Virus record (IMG/VR): IMGVR_UViG_3300023257_000007
Location: 248,001 to 312,000 of that record
Length of the DNA: 64,000 bases
Direction: 5' to 3' (one strand)
The notes beneath the pieces were generated by a model that was not told the origin of the DNA, did not search any database, and saw nothing but the letters and a program-made list of their open reading frames with translations. The translations under genes and the position numbers were made by a program. Positions 47,362 to 56,604 of this stretch are shown piece by piece. Every line of letters begins with the position of its first letter. The stretch's first letter is position 1.

Positions 47362-47375
47362 AATTCTTAATTGGT

Positions 47376-47987
47376 TTAATAATATTCCTCCACACTACTA
47401 TCAACATAATCTCTAACAACATTCCAAAATGGAATATTACTATCCAATAATGTTCTCATCATTTCTTTATCAATAATTCTTGATTTACCTGATAAAACCC
47501 TTTCACCAGTAATCCAATGTAAACCAGTAGTACTGAAAATAATCAAATTTCCACTATCATTAACGTCTACACCATATTTAGCATAAGATATTCCTTGAAA
47601 ATTATGTAAATCTTTGATGGTTAATTCTTTTTCTTCATCAGTTCTAAATTTAGCTTGAATAGTACAAGGTTTATCATCTATACCTTTACCAAATCCATCT
47701 ACACCATAATCATCAAAATTCTCAACTTCATAGCCATAAACACCTACCCTATTATCAGATCCAAGTATCTTGAAAAACAATTCAGCAAAGATTTCAAATA
47801 GATCACCTATCATCTTATCCCTACCTTGTTCTTCATTATATCCAAATTTCTTCCAATTTTTAGATTCTTTTTGAATTTTATTGATAAAAGTGTTCACCAA
47901 TTTACATTTTCCAAATATTCTTTCAAATATTTCTTCATCTTTGTTATATAGTTCTATAAAACTATCATGTGTTATATAATTTTTCAT
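47376..47987 (-). CDS. Mrr-like / PD-(D/E)xK restriction endonuclease
   Basis: GDLFEIFAE...DYGVDGFG...TIQAKFR (E...D...QxK). Confidence 0.7.
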   Translation of the reverse strand: MKNYITHDSFIELYNKDEEIFERIFGKCKLVNTFINKIQKESKNWKKFGYNEEQGRDKMIGDLFEIFAELFFKILGSDNRVGVYGYEVENFDDYGVDGFGKGIDDKPCTIQAKFRTDEEKELTIKDLHNFQGISYAKYGVDVNDSGNLIIFSTTGLHWITGERVLSGKSRIIDKEMMRTLLDSNIPFWNVVRDYVDSSVEEYY

Positions 47988-47990
47988 AAT

Positions 47991-48314
47991 TTATAGTATA
48001 TTCATTTTTAAGCTTTCTAATTTATATTCTAATTCTTTTTCTTTCAACCAATTCTTAAAATCTATACTTTTAGCCGTCATAATATTTAATCTCGTATATA
48101 ACCAAAGTGCGGGACCACCATAAATAAAAATTATGGAAAGAGTAAAAGATTCAGTTTTTTTTGTTGACGATAAAAGATTCACCATATCGATATCATAACC
48201 CACCCCATAATATTCACTCAATATATCAAGAGCAAATATACATTCATTTGGTTTCACATTACAAAAATTCTCATATTCAAAATCTCTCATTATAGTATGT
48301 TCAAAATCTCTCAT
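47991..48314 (-). CDS. Small hypothetical protein, C-tag A
   Basis: Ends ESLKMNIL. Confidence 0.8.
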   Translation of the reverse strand: MRDFEHTIMRDFEYENFCNVKPNECIFALDILSEYYGVGYDIDMVNLLSSTKKTESFTLSIIFIYGGPALWLYTRLNIMTAKSIDFKNWLKEKELEYKLESLKMNIL

Positions 48315-49954
48315 TATAGTAAGTTTATTGCATCATCAAGTGATTGACAATCATCTAATTTTTCTCTAAATTCCATCCTTTCAGATGATTCTTGTTCTAA
48401 TTTATCTAATTTCTCAATTTCATTCAATATATCTTCTATATATTCTGACTTTGGTTTACGGTTCTTTTTGTTTAATCCTGGTAAACCCTCATCTTCTTTA
48501 GATTTTGATATATCTTTACCCTCTGAAACATAAAAAGCAGGATCATAACCATAATCATCCCTCATGTCTTTAATTGTCTTACTAATAACATTCTTAGTTT
48601 GAATGCTTTGTATGTCCATAACTGGAACTATAACAGCACAATATGGTTTAATCCACAAACTATAATCATCAGTATCAATTTCACCACTTCTTAATCTTAA
48701 AGAATCTAAATCATGCTTACGTGTTGACCTGCCTGTGTTTTGAACAATCTTAGATTTTGTTGGTAAAATATCATTAAGAAATAAAACTCCTGTAATGCCT
48801 GGTACGTTAATACCTTCCGATAGAATATCATAATGTAGTATAATTGCACCTTCATCAGATTCCATATCCTTCATTTTTCCTAAAAATTCACCTCTATCTT
48901 TAATACCTTCATCATTAAAATAATGTAGTTCACCTCTATCATGTCTAGAAGCACCAGCTAAAACATTAACATCTAATAATTCAAAATAATCTAAGGCTCT
49001 CTCATGTAAATCCCATATATGATCAACAGAGGCACATTTAATTAATAATTTAGGTTCTATATTATCTGGTTCAGCTGAATTTTCTTTTAACCATGTCTTA
49101 TGTGCATCGTAAACTTCTGTAACGAATTTTAACAGGTTTTCACCTGATTTACCAAAATCTTTCCCATCTTCATAATTTGATGGAGTTGCAATATGCATGA
49201 TAGGTTTTATTATATAACCTCTTTCTACACTATCTTTAAAAGTAAGTCCGTGTCTTTCTCCGAAAATATTTTCATTATTCATTAAAAATGAATCTGTTTC
49301 TTCACTGATAGCATCTCTAGGCGTTGCTGTAAAGAAATAAGATTTTTCAAAATCTAAACATTCAAAATTCCTTCTAAACTCTGAACTATTCATTTCAGAT
49401 GCTAATAAATGGGCTTCATCGCAGTATATTGTATTTAGGTGTATATTCTTCATTTTAAATAAAGAGTGATATGTACTTATAATAACAACATCTCTATTTT
49501 CTTTTATATGTTTATCAACAATAGAATTTACTTCTTTTTCTGAAATAGTAAAATTAATAATGTCTCCATAATTTAATCCAAGTTCTTTTAATTTTTTATT
49601 ATTTTGCTTAGTTCTAAATTTATCTAAACAAATCCTAGAACTACCAACAAAAACAAATCCTATATGTCCTATAATTGTTTCATATTGTTTAAATAAATCA
49701 ATCGTATGTTGTTCATTTAACATCAATCTATGAGATGCAATTGCACATATATCAATAGATGGTTCTTTAAATGTTCTAATTAAATCTGAATATATAATTA
49801 ATGATTTACCTGTGCCTGTTGGTTGGAATATTGTGGCTTTATCATTTTTGGATAGAAATTCTAATGCTTCTTTTTGGTCAGGGTATAACTTATTTTGCAA
49901 TCTTTTATAATAAGACTTAAAAGTCTTTGATTCAAATATTTCTTGTTTTTTCAT
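48314..49954 (-). CDS. SF2 DEAD/DEAH-box helicase (ResIII/type ISP-like)
   Basis: QPTGTGKS, CDEAH, FTATP, LSEGINVPG, QNTGRSTR. Confidence 0.9.
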   Translation of the reverse strand: MKKQEIFESKTFKSYYKRLQNKLYPDQKEALEFLSKNDKATIFQPTGTGKSLIIYSDLIRTFKEPSIDICAIASHRLMLNEQHTIDLFKQYETIIGHIGFVFVGSSRICLDKFRTKQNNKKLKELGLNYGDIINFTISEKEVNSIVDKHIKENRDVVIISTYHSLFKMKNIHLNTIYCDEAHLLASEMNSSEFRRNFECLDFEKSYFFTATPRDAISEETDSFLMNNENIFGERHGLTFKDSVERGYIIKPIMHIATPSNYEDGKDFGKSGENLLKFVTEVYDAHKTWLKENSAEPDNIEPKLLIKCASVDHIWDLHERALDYFELLDVNVLAGASRHDRGELHYFNDEGIKDRGEFLGKMKDMESDEGAIILHYDILSEGINVPGITGVLFLNDILPTKSKIVQNTGRSTRKHDLDSLRLRSGEIDTDDYSLWIKPYCAVIVPVMDIQSIQTKNVISKTIKDMRDDYGYDPAFYVSEGKDISKSKEDEGLPGLNKKNRKPKSEYIEDILNEIEKLDKLEQESSERMEFREKLDDCQSLDDAINLL

Positions 49955-49956
49955 CT

Positions 49957-50364
49957 TTAAATGTAATAAATTTGTTCTAAACTAAAAAATTCACCTTTTG
50001 GAGCTATAATAGGTGGTGGTTTACTCCCTTTAGGTAATTCAGGCAATTCAGTTAATTTGTTATTACCACAATATAATATTTTTAACCCTTTAGGTAATTC
50101 AGGTAATTCAGTTAATTGGTTATAATCACAATCTAATATTAATAATCCTTTTGGTAATTCAGGTAATTGTGTTAATTGGTTATTAGAACAATATAATGTT
50201 TCTAATCCTTTAGGTAATTCAGGTAATTCAGGTAATTCAGTTAATTTGTTATTACCACAATACAAATATTTTAATCCTTCAGGTAATTCAGGTAATTCAG
50301 TTAATTTGAAATTACCTAAATCCAATGTTTTACCATCATTACTTAAATGGTTTTTTATATTCAT
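49957..50364 (-). CDS. Short-LRR protein (4 repeats) lacking both the N-tag and the C-cap/C-tag
   Basis: Starts MNIKNHLSNDGK; ends GSKPPPIIAPKGEFFSLEQIYYI. Confidence 0.85.
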   Translation of the reverse strand: MNIKNHLSNDGKTLDLGNFKLTELPELPEGLKYLYCGNNKLTELPELPELPKGLETLYCSNNQLTQLPELPKGLLILDCDYNQLTELPELPKGLKILYCGNNKLTELPELPKGSKPPPIIAPKGEFFSLEQIYYI

Positions 50365-50445
50365 TGTTTAACCCTTTCCAATTTTCTTTTTCTTTGCAAT
50401 CTTTTATAAATCTTTCTAACTCATTTATTGAATCGCATCAATCAT

Positions 50446-50751
50446 TTAACACATATTTTCATTCTCATCATGAAACATAAATATTTGTTCTTGGTACCAC
50501 ATAACATCATCATAATGATGTCTTTCATTTTTAGTAAAATCTTCAACTAAACTATCAATTCTACTTCTCTGACCACCATCTTTATCACCAAATATGTCTT
50601 TATGCCAAAAATTCATATAACAATAAGTATATCCAATTTCACTTAACATTAATTGTCTTAATTCTTTAATATTATCTGGTAATTGTTTGTATGTTTTAGG
50701 ATCATCTAAATCCACTTCATTTCCATGAAAACTACAAGTAAATTTTCTCAT
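50446..50751 (-). CDS. Hypothetical protein
   Basis: ORF track. Confidence 0.7.
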   Translation of the reverse strand: MRKFTCSFHGNEVDLDDPKTYKQLPDNIKELRQLMLSEIGYTYCYMNFWHKDIFGDKDGGQRSRIDSLVEDFTKNERHHYDDVMWYQEQIFMFHDENENMC

Positions 50752-50762
50752 ACTTCTTTTTT

Positions 50763-51200
50763 TTATTTATCAATTTTACCAATAACAGAACTCTCAATAT
50801 CCTGTATAACATTACTAGGAGAACAACAACAAACACTATTATCAACTGACTGATCAACAAATAAGTTATCATGGGTAGAATATTGTAAATCCCTTGGAGT
50901 GTATGGGACAGATACGAAATTAAAATTACCATTAGCAACTTTAAAACCTATAAAAGCCTCATCACCTTTAATATGAAACACTTCTAAATCTGTAGCATCA
51001 GCTGGTATTGTTGTTTGACTTTTACTTAATCTTCTAATTACACCATTTTTAGCCTCATACCATATATCATTATATTGAAATTCAAAACCTGTATCTCTCA
51101 TACAAATTCCAAACTCTTCTTTATCTTTTGTTACTAATAGTATACCAGAATATATTTCTTCTAATATATGTTCGTATTTTTCACTAATGCTTATTTTCAT
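50763..51200 (-). CDS. Hypothetical protein
   Basis: ORF track. Confidence 0.7.
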   Translation of the reverse strand: MKISISEKYEHILEEIYSGILLVTKDKEEFGICMRDTGFEFQYNDIWYEAKNGVIRRLSKSQTTIPADATDLEVFHIKGDEAFIGFKVANGNFNFVSVPYTPRDLQYSTHDNLFVDQSVDNSVCCCSPSNVIQDIESSVIGKIDK

Positions 51201-51204
51201 CTTT

Positions 51205-51567
51205 TTAATTTATTTTTTGTAATGGTACGTCATCAGTTGACATAGGTCCTAATTCACCGTTATGTTTGTCATCATAACCTGTTTCTAATAAATGATGCCC
51301 TGTATATACATTTTGTATTGTACCGAAAAATCCTTTGTGATCAAAATGAATTCTATGTGTTACCTTTATTATTTGATCTCTATTAAATTTTACAGTTTCT
51401 TGTAATGATATAGACCATACCAATGTGCCTGCTGGTACTACTCTTAATTCACCAATTTTAGCAATTGGATCTTTCATATCGGGTACATATGTCTGACATA
51501 TTGGTAATATTGGTAATGGTTTTTTATGTTGTAAATTCATTTCTTTATTTTTTATGTTCAATAACAA
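51205..51567 (-). CDS. Hypothetical protein
   Basis: ORF track. Confidence 0.65.
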   Translation of the reverse strand: MLLNIKNKEMNLQHKKPLPILPICQTYVPDMKDPIAKIGELRVVPAGTLVWSISLQETVKFNRDQIIKVTHRIHFDHKGFFGTIQNVYTGHHLLETGYDDKHNGELGPMSTDDVPLQKIN

Positions 51568-51573
51568 TTTATT

Positions 51574-51945
51574 TTATTCATCCTTAACCCTTTCCAATTT
51601 TAATTTTCTCTGTTTTCTTAATAAAGCCTTTTTATATTTTTCATAATCATTTCTATTAACAGTTTGATTATAAAAATTACCATATTCTTCACTTATTAAG
51701 TCTTCTTTAAAAATAACATACAAAAGCATTACATAATTATCTTCAAGTATACCAATTACTTCACCCTTTTTTGAAAGTTTATCTACATATTTTTCAAATA
51801 ATTCTACATCTATATCAATCAAAACATTGCGAATATTTTCTAAATCATCTATTAAAGGTTGATTCCAATTATCCAAAGTCATTTTGTTTTTTGAATGATT
51901 AATGAACTTATCTAAAATTTCTTTACTGTTTACCATTTTTAACAT
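51574..51945 (-). CDS. Hypothetical protein, C-tag B
   Basis: Ends RKQRKLKLERVKDE. Confidence 0.8.
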   Translation of the reverse strand: MLKMVNSKEILDKFINHSKNKMTLDNWNQPLIDDLENIRNVLIDIDVELFEKYVDKLSKKGEVIGILEDNYVMLLYVIFKEDLISEEYGNFYNQTVNRNDYEKYKKALLRKQRKLKLERVKDE

Positions 51946-52069
51946 TTACGTTTATTCATCAAATACACCTAATCTTTTAAGTATTTTAAATTCTATTTCA
52001 TGTAAATTAAAAAGATCTATTAGATTTTCAATCTTTTTCTTCGCATTATTTAATTTACATCCAACCATC

Positions 52070-52399
52070 TTATTCTAAAATTGTATCAACTTCTTCAATA
52101 CGCCAATCTTCAAAACGACCAAATTTAAAAGGTATGTCTTCATTTTCATATATTTTATCCCATTCGGCTTTTTCTTTATCTTTATGTTCTTTCATTGCTT
52201 TTTCGGCACCTTCTTTAGTCTTATGAATACTCATAGTTACATAACCACTTTCTTCTGTCATTGGATTATAAAGAAATTCATATAATTTAATATTATCTTT
52301 CATCCAATTAGCACCATCAATAACAAGTTGTTTAAGTTCATTAATATCTATGTCATAGACATCATTTGCTCTTTTTTCTGCGTATTCTTCTAATTTCAT
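52070..52399 (-). CDS. Hypothetical protein
   Basis: ORF track. Confidence 0.7.
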   Translation of the reverse strand: MKLEEYAEKRANDVYDIDINELKQLVIDGANWMKDNIKLYEFLYNPMTEESGYVTMSIHKTKEGAEKAMKEHKDKEKAEWDKIYENEDIPFKFGRFEDWRIEEVDTILE

Positions 52400-52608
52400 A
52401 TTTTTTCTAATTTTTTCATTGGATAAGATACATCAAAGTAAAATTTACCACAATCAACATCACCAAGATCTATTAAAGGTGAATAATTATCACATTTTTG
52501 ATCTCTGAAATCTTGATCTAATACTTCTTTAGACCAAAAAATTCCTAATTGATAGCAAATATATTTACCATTTTCATTTCCACCATGTTCGCAATTAATA
52601 CATTTCAT
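52396..52608 (-). CDS. Small Cys-rich hypothetical protein
   Basis: KCINCEH...YIC...KCDNY. Confidence 0.6.
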   Translation of the reverse strand: MKCINCEHGGNENGKYICYQLGIFWSKEVLDQDFRDQKCDNYSPLIDLGDVDCGKFYFDVSYPMKKLEKI

Positions 52609-53060
52609 TATAATTCAGTTTGATTTTTCTTTAAATTTTTATTTTCTTCTTTCAATTTCTTATTTTCTTTTACAAGATTTTCTTGTTTTTGTTTTTCTTC
52701 TTTTTCTTTTTCTTTCTTACTCTCCAAAAAATTTTGAACACCTTTTGTATTTTGCATTTCAAATACTTTATCCAAACAATCTTCAGTATTCTCTGAAGCT
52801 TCAGAACCATCTTTAACATCATAATAATCAAATTTATTATATGTATACCATTGATCACCATCAATACCTAAAACCCAAAAACCTTTCCCTTTTTCTGGTT
52901 TTTCCCATCTAATAGTAGATTCTTGAATCTCACTCCTATAATATGTTGGTATTAAATACATATATACTGGTATTAATGCAGCTAAAGCTATACTAGTCAA
53001 AAATGTTGTTATTCCTCCATTCCAATACCACCATTTTCCAAATTTCGTTTTTTTACTCAT
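52608..53060 (-). CDS. Membrane protein with a C-terminal coiled coil
   Basis: GITTFLTSIALAALIPVYMYLIP hydrophobic segment. Confidence 0.7.
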   Translation of the reverse strand: MSKKTKFGKWWYWNGGITTFLTSIALAALIPVYMYLIPTYYRSEIQESTIRWEKPEKGKGFWVLGIDGDQWYTYNKFDYYDVKDGSEASENTEDCLDKVFEMQNTKGVQNFLESKKEKEKEEKQKQENLVKENKKLKEENKNLKKNQTEL

Positions 53061-53079
53061 TTTTTTTATTTATTTTAAT

Positions 53080-53412
53080 TTATATTAATCCTAATTTATA
53101 ACCATCAAAGAAATATTGTAAATCATGTTCTTCAATAAATTCATCAAACCACCTCAATATATGTCCTGGATGATTAATCCGAGTTAAATCTATAGCATTT
53201 GTTCTACCAGAAGATTCAAAACAAGAAACTGTATGTTTTTCATCAACGAACAAAACAAGTGGAAAGTACTTTCTACTTAACAATGGTTTAACAAATAATG
53301 ATCGCCACAAATGTGTATGTTCATATTTCATATGATCAAACCATTTAAGAATATTTAAAAGTTCTTCATTATTTTCAATGACTACATTTAATATATGTCT
53401 TGATTCTTTCAT
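53080..53412 (-). CDS. Small hypothetical protein, C-tag A
   Basis: Ends DGYKLGLI. Confidence 0.8.
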   Translation of the reverse strand: MKESRHILNVVIENNEELLNILKWFDHMKYEHTHLWRSLFVKPLLSRKYFPLVLFVDEKHTVSCFESSGRTNAIDLTRINHPGHILRWFDEFIEEHDLQYFFDGYKLGLI

Positions 53413-53807
53413 TATAATAATTTTAAATGACCTGTTATTTTATCAATCTTATCTGCTCTATAAGGACCAATTGCAATACAAGTTTTAGTAGCAACACCAT
53501 CAAATTCAGTTAAACCTGCATCAGTTATCAATACACAAGGCATATTATTTACTTCTGCAAGTCTATATAGTTCTAAGAGTTCTTCTTCACTATCACAAGA
53601 CACACATATCTTAGTAAAATTACCATTTAACCATTTATCCCAATATGAACCTGATTCAAACTTAAAATTATATTCATTTTCAGATTTTTGCATAGCGTTC
53701 AAAATTACAGCCAGTGAGGCGTGACTACCTTGGGCTATTTCCTTACCCCGCCTCATTTTCAAGTCTTTGCGCATTACTATTACTTGTTTTACTTTATAAT
53801 CACTCAT
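53412..53807 (-). CDS. pth2: Peptidyl-tRNA hydrolase, Pth2 type
   Basis: KQVIVMRKDLKM..GK.IAQ.SHAS, KICV, ITDAGLTE, TCIAIGP, IDKITGHLKLL. Confidence 0.9.
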   Translation of the reverse strand: MSDYKVKQVIVMRKDLKMRRGKEIAQGSHASLAVILNAMQKSENEYNFKFESGSYWDKWLNGNFTKICVSCDSEEELLELYRLAEVNNMPCVLITDAGLTEFDGVATKTCIAIGPYRADKIDKITGHLKLL

Positions 53808-53821
53808 CTTCTTCTAATTCT

Positions 53822-54174
53822 TTATAATACTCCTAATTTAATCGAATCAATTATTTCTCTTATTAATTTACATGCTTCAATAAGACCTGCCTCTAGTGCT
53901 TCTTCGTAGGTTTTATATTCACCTACTACATCTGTTGGATAACTAGAACCATTATCACTTTGTTCACCTATTTTATAACCATATTTAGTACAATTAAATT
54001 GAGCATTAACATCTAATTTGTATTTTTTTCTTTAAATATATGATATTTTTCCATGATTCTTTCAACAATTAATTCTCTTAACTCATAATAACTAATTTGT
54101 AATTTTTTGTCTTCAATTGTGAGTAAATCTTCCCATGTTGTTGCTTCTCTTAAGGCTTTTTTCATATTTTCCAT
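53822..54174 (-). pseudogene. Frameshifted hypothetical gene, C-tag A
   Basis: MENMKKALRE... shifts at an A run near 54025-54032; the other frame reads ...TYEEALEAGLIEACKLIREIIDSIKLGVL. Confidence 0.65.
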
Positions 54175-54225
54175 TTTTTCATTTGTTTTTATTCTTATTT
54201 AGAATCATTCCAAATAAGATCATTT

Positions 54226-54882
54226 TTATTTTCTAATTCTTTCTATTTTATATTTTCTAAGTTTTCTTACAGTTTTCTTATTATGGGTTTCAATTTGTTC
54301 TGGAGTAAAACCAATCCATAAATCAACATCTACAGGAATTAAAATACCTTCTAATTGAGACCAATTATCACATGATAAATATTTTAAACTTTTAGGTAAT
54401 TTTGGTAACCTTTTAATTGGATTATCATAACATTGTAAATCTTCTAAATCTTCTGGTAATACTGGTAATTCTTTCAATAAATTTGTATCACAATATAAAT
54501 ATTTAAGTGTTTTTGGTAAATCAGGTAATTCAGTTAATTCATTTTCATAACAATATAAATGTGCTAAATCTTCTTTTAATTCAGGTAACTTTTTTAAATC
54601 TTTTCTCTCAAACACATCTTTAGCTAATGAACCATATTTTTCAATCAATTCAACAGCTCCTTCAAGTTCTTTTATCAATACATTAAATTGTGTTTCATTC
54701 CTAATACTTTTATATTTATTGTAATATACTTTAAACATATCATCATATTCTTTAAATTTAACATACAATATAAAATAATAATATACATTGATGTGTATTT
54801 TTTCAATATATTCAATATATTCAAAAAGTTTATTAAAATTATCTGTATTATATTTATGTCTCACCCTTTCCAATTTACTCAT
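54226..54882 (-). CDS. Divergent LRR protein with an N-terminal extension and C-tag B
   Basis: LKKLPELKEDLAHLYCYEN-type repeats x4; ends RKLRKYKIERIRK. Confidence 0.85.
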   Translation of the reverse strand: MSKLERVRHKYNTDNFNKLFEYIEYIEKIHINVYYYFILYVKFKEYDDMFKVYYNKYKSIRNETQFNVLIKELEGAVELIEKYGSLAKDVFERKDLKKLPELKEDLAHLYCYENELTELPDLPKTLKYLYCDTNLLKELPVLPEDLEDLQCYDNPIKRLPKLPKSLKYLSCDNWSQLEGILIPVDVDLWIGFTPEQIETHNKKTVRKLRKYKIERIRK

Positions 54883-54887
54883 AAGGT

Positions 54888-55226
54888 TTAATCACTCATC
54901 TTCAGGTTTTTCTTCACTAAGAAATTTATTGCTAAATTTATTAATTTAGAATTATAATTTTTAAATTGTTCTAATACTAACTTATTTATTTCTTCAGTTT
55001 GATGTTTATCTATAACATTAATTTCAATCATTCCATATTCAAAATTATATCTAATGTAGTAATTAACAAAATAATTAATTATTACATTACCTAATTCTAA
55101 ATTATAAAGATTAGCATTAGTTTCTTTAGTTACTTTATAACTTTCTTTATTAAGAGATTTTATAATCTCCTTTAATAAATCTTTTTCTAAATTTTTCATT
55201 TCCGTTTGTTTATTCATTTTATTCAT
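54888..55226 (-). CDS. Hypothetical protein
   Basis: ORF track. Confidence 0.65.
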   Translation of the reverse strand: MNKMNKQTEMKNLEKDLLKEIIKSLNKESYKVTKETNANLYNLELGNVIINYFVNYYIRYNFEYGMIEINVIDKHQTEEINKLVLEQFKNYNSKLINLAINFLVKKNLKMSD

Positions 55227-55369
55227 TATTTTTTAAATACTCATTTACACATTCTGATAAAGACTCAGATTCAAATTTAACAACAAATTCACCTAATTCT
55301 CTTGAATAATGTATTTGGTTATTAATGGTTAAAGATTGATATAACACCAATATTTGACCTTCGTTTTCA

Positions 55370-55660
55370 TTAGTACACATATTTTATATCTATTGGTTCA
55401 AAGACACTAAATTGCCAACAATATTGACCTTCTGGTGGATTAAAACCATAATTATCATGAGGTTTTCCTCTTGGTTCGTATTCTACTTCTAATAATACAT
55501 TACCATAACTATCTCCAAAATCATCTGGTGATAAATAAGTGTGTCTATAGTTAAAAGTTACTCCCCATAATACTCCTTCTTGTTGTATTTTATCCCAATT
55601 TTCTTGTGTTGTTCTGTGATAAAATTTATAACTCATTATAATATAACTTTTAAAGTTCAA
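55370..55660 (-). CDS. Small putative ADP-ribosyltransferase-fold protein
   Basis: FYHRTT.ENWDKIQQEGV...TYLSP...YG.VLLEV. Confidence 0.4.
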   Translation of the reverse strand: MNFKSYIIMSYKFYHRTTQENWDKIQQEGVLWGVTFNYRHTYLSPDDFGDSYGNVLLEVEYEPRGKPHDNYGFNPPEGQYCWQFSVFEPIDIKYVY

Positions 55661-55666
55661 AATTAT

Positions 55667-55891
55667 TTAAACTTCTTCTTCATTTGCTTCTCGAAAATTA
55701 TTTGTATGATACATACCAATAATTTTACCGGTTTTTAAATCTCCTAATATACAATGACCTGGCGCTTGTGGAACTTCTCCAAAAAATATAAATAATTTCT
55801 CACCAAATAAATCTTTGTAATATTTTTCGTATGTTTCATCTGTGCAAGTAGTTCTATCAAAAACTACAAACGCGTTTTGTCTAATCTTCAT
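55667..55891 (-). CDS. Hypothetical protein
   Basis: ORF track. Confidence 0.7.
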   Translation of the reverse strand: MKIRQNAFVVFDRTTCTDETYEKYYKDLFGEKLFIFFGEVPQAPGHCILGDLKTGKIIGMYHTNNFREANEEEV

Positions 55892-56216
55892 TTTCTTCTT
55901 CTCTTTTTATTAATGTATAACCTACCGTATATCCTTTATGATATACGTTTCTTTCTCTTTCATTTGAAACAATTACAAAAGCATTTGAATCCATATCTGG
56001 TTCAAATTCTTGGTTGAAACCAGTCTTCAAAAAAGTATCATCTCGATCTATTAAATTTATATTGATAATATCTGTTCTTCTTTTAGGATATATAGGCACA
56101 TTAAATTCATATTCTGAATTACCTTTATATATGATCAATGTATCTTGGTCTTTAAATTTACTAATTATAGAATCTCTACATTTCTCAATATATTCTCCAT
56201 ATGCGTCACGTCCCAA
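55881..56216 (-). CDS. Hypothetical protein
   Basis: ORF track. Confidence 0.6.
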   Translation of the reverse strand: MGRDAYGEYIEKCRDSIISKFKDQDTLIIYKGNSEYEFNVPIYPKRRTDIININLIDRDDTFLKTGFNQEFEPDMDSNAFVIVSNERERNVYHKGYTVGYTLIKREEENED

Positions 56217-56458
56217 ACATGCACAATTTACTAATTATTTTAAGATCATTATATATTTCATTTGCAATTTTCTCTCTTAATTCTTTTTCATCCATATTAT
56301 TCTTAGTTTTATTATTTATACCAAAAAGCTGTTACATCCTGATAACTTGTAATGATAAAATCATCCTCAGGATTTTCAATCATTCCTTTTATTTTTGATT
56401 CAGTTATACAAAAAGTAAATTTCATATTCATCGTGGCAATATTTTCTCATATTTTGGT

Positions 56459-56602
56459 TCATAATACTATCCAACTTAATAGTAAATAAATAATTGCTGA
56501 TGCACCAAACGAAAAGAATGTTAAAAATATAAATATAAATCTATATATCCAAGCATCTACATTTGTCTCACTTCCTAAGTGTTCACATAATCCTGTAATC
56601 AT
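56459..56602 (-). CDS. PspC-domain small membrane protein (47 aa, not in the ORF track)
   Basis: MITGLCEHLGSETNVDAWIYRFIFIFLTFFSFGASAIIYLLLSWIVL resembles the PspC pattern G.C..L......D....R..F........II.Y...W. Confidence 0.55.
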   Translation of the reverse strand: MITGLCEHLGSETNVDAWIYRFIFIFLTFFSFGASAIIYLLLSWIVL

Positions 56603-56604
56603 AA

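Noticed and set aside
53420-53440. Pth2 C-terminus GHLKLL as a C-tag A
   Set aside because: ITGHLKLL is the normal conserved Pth2 ending, not an acquired tag.
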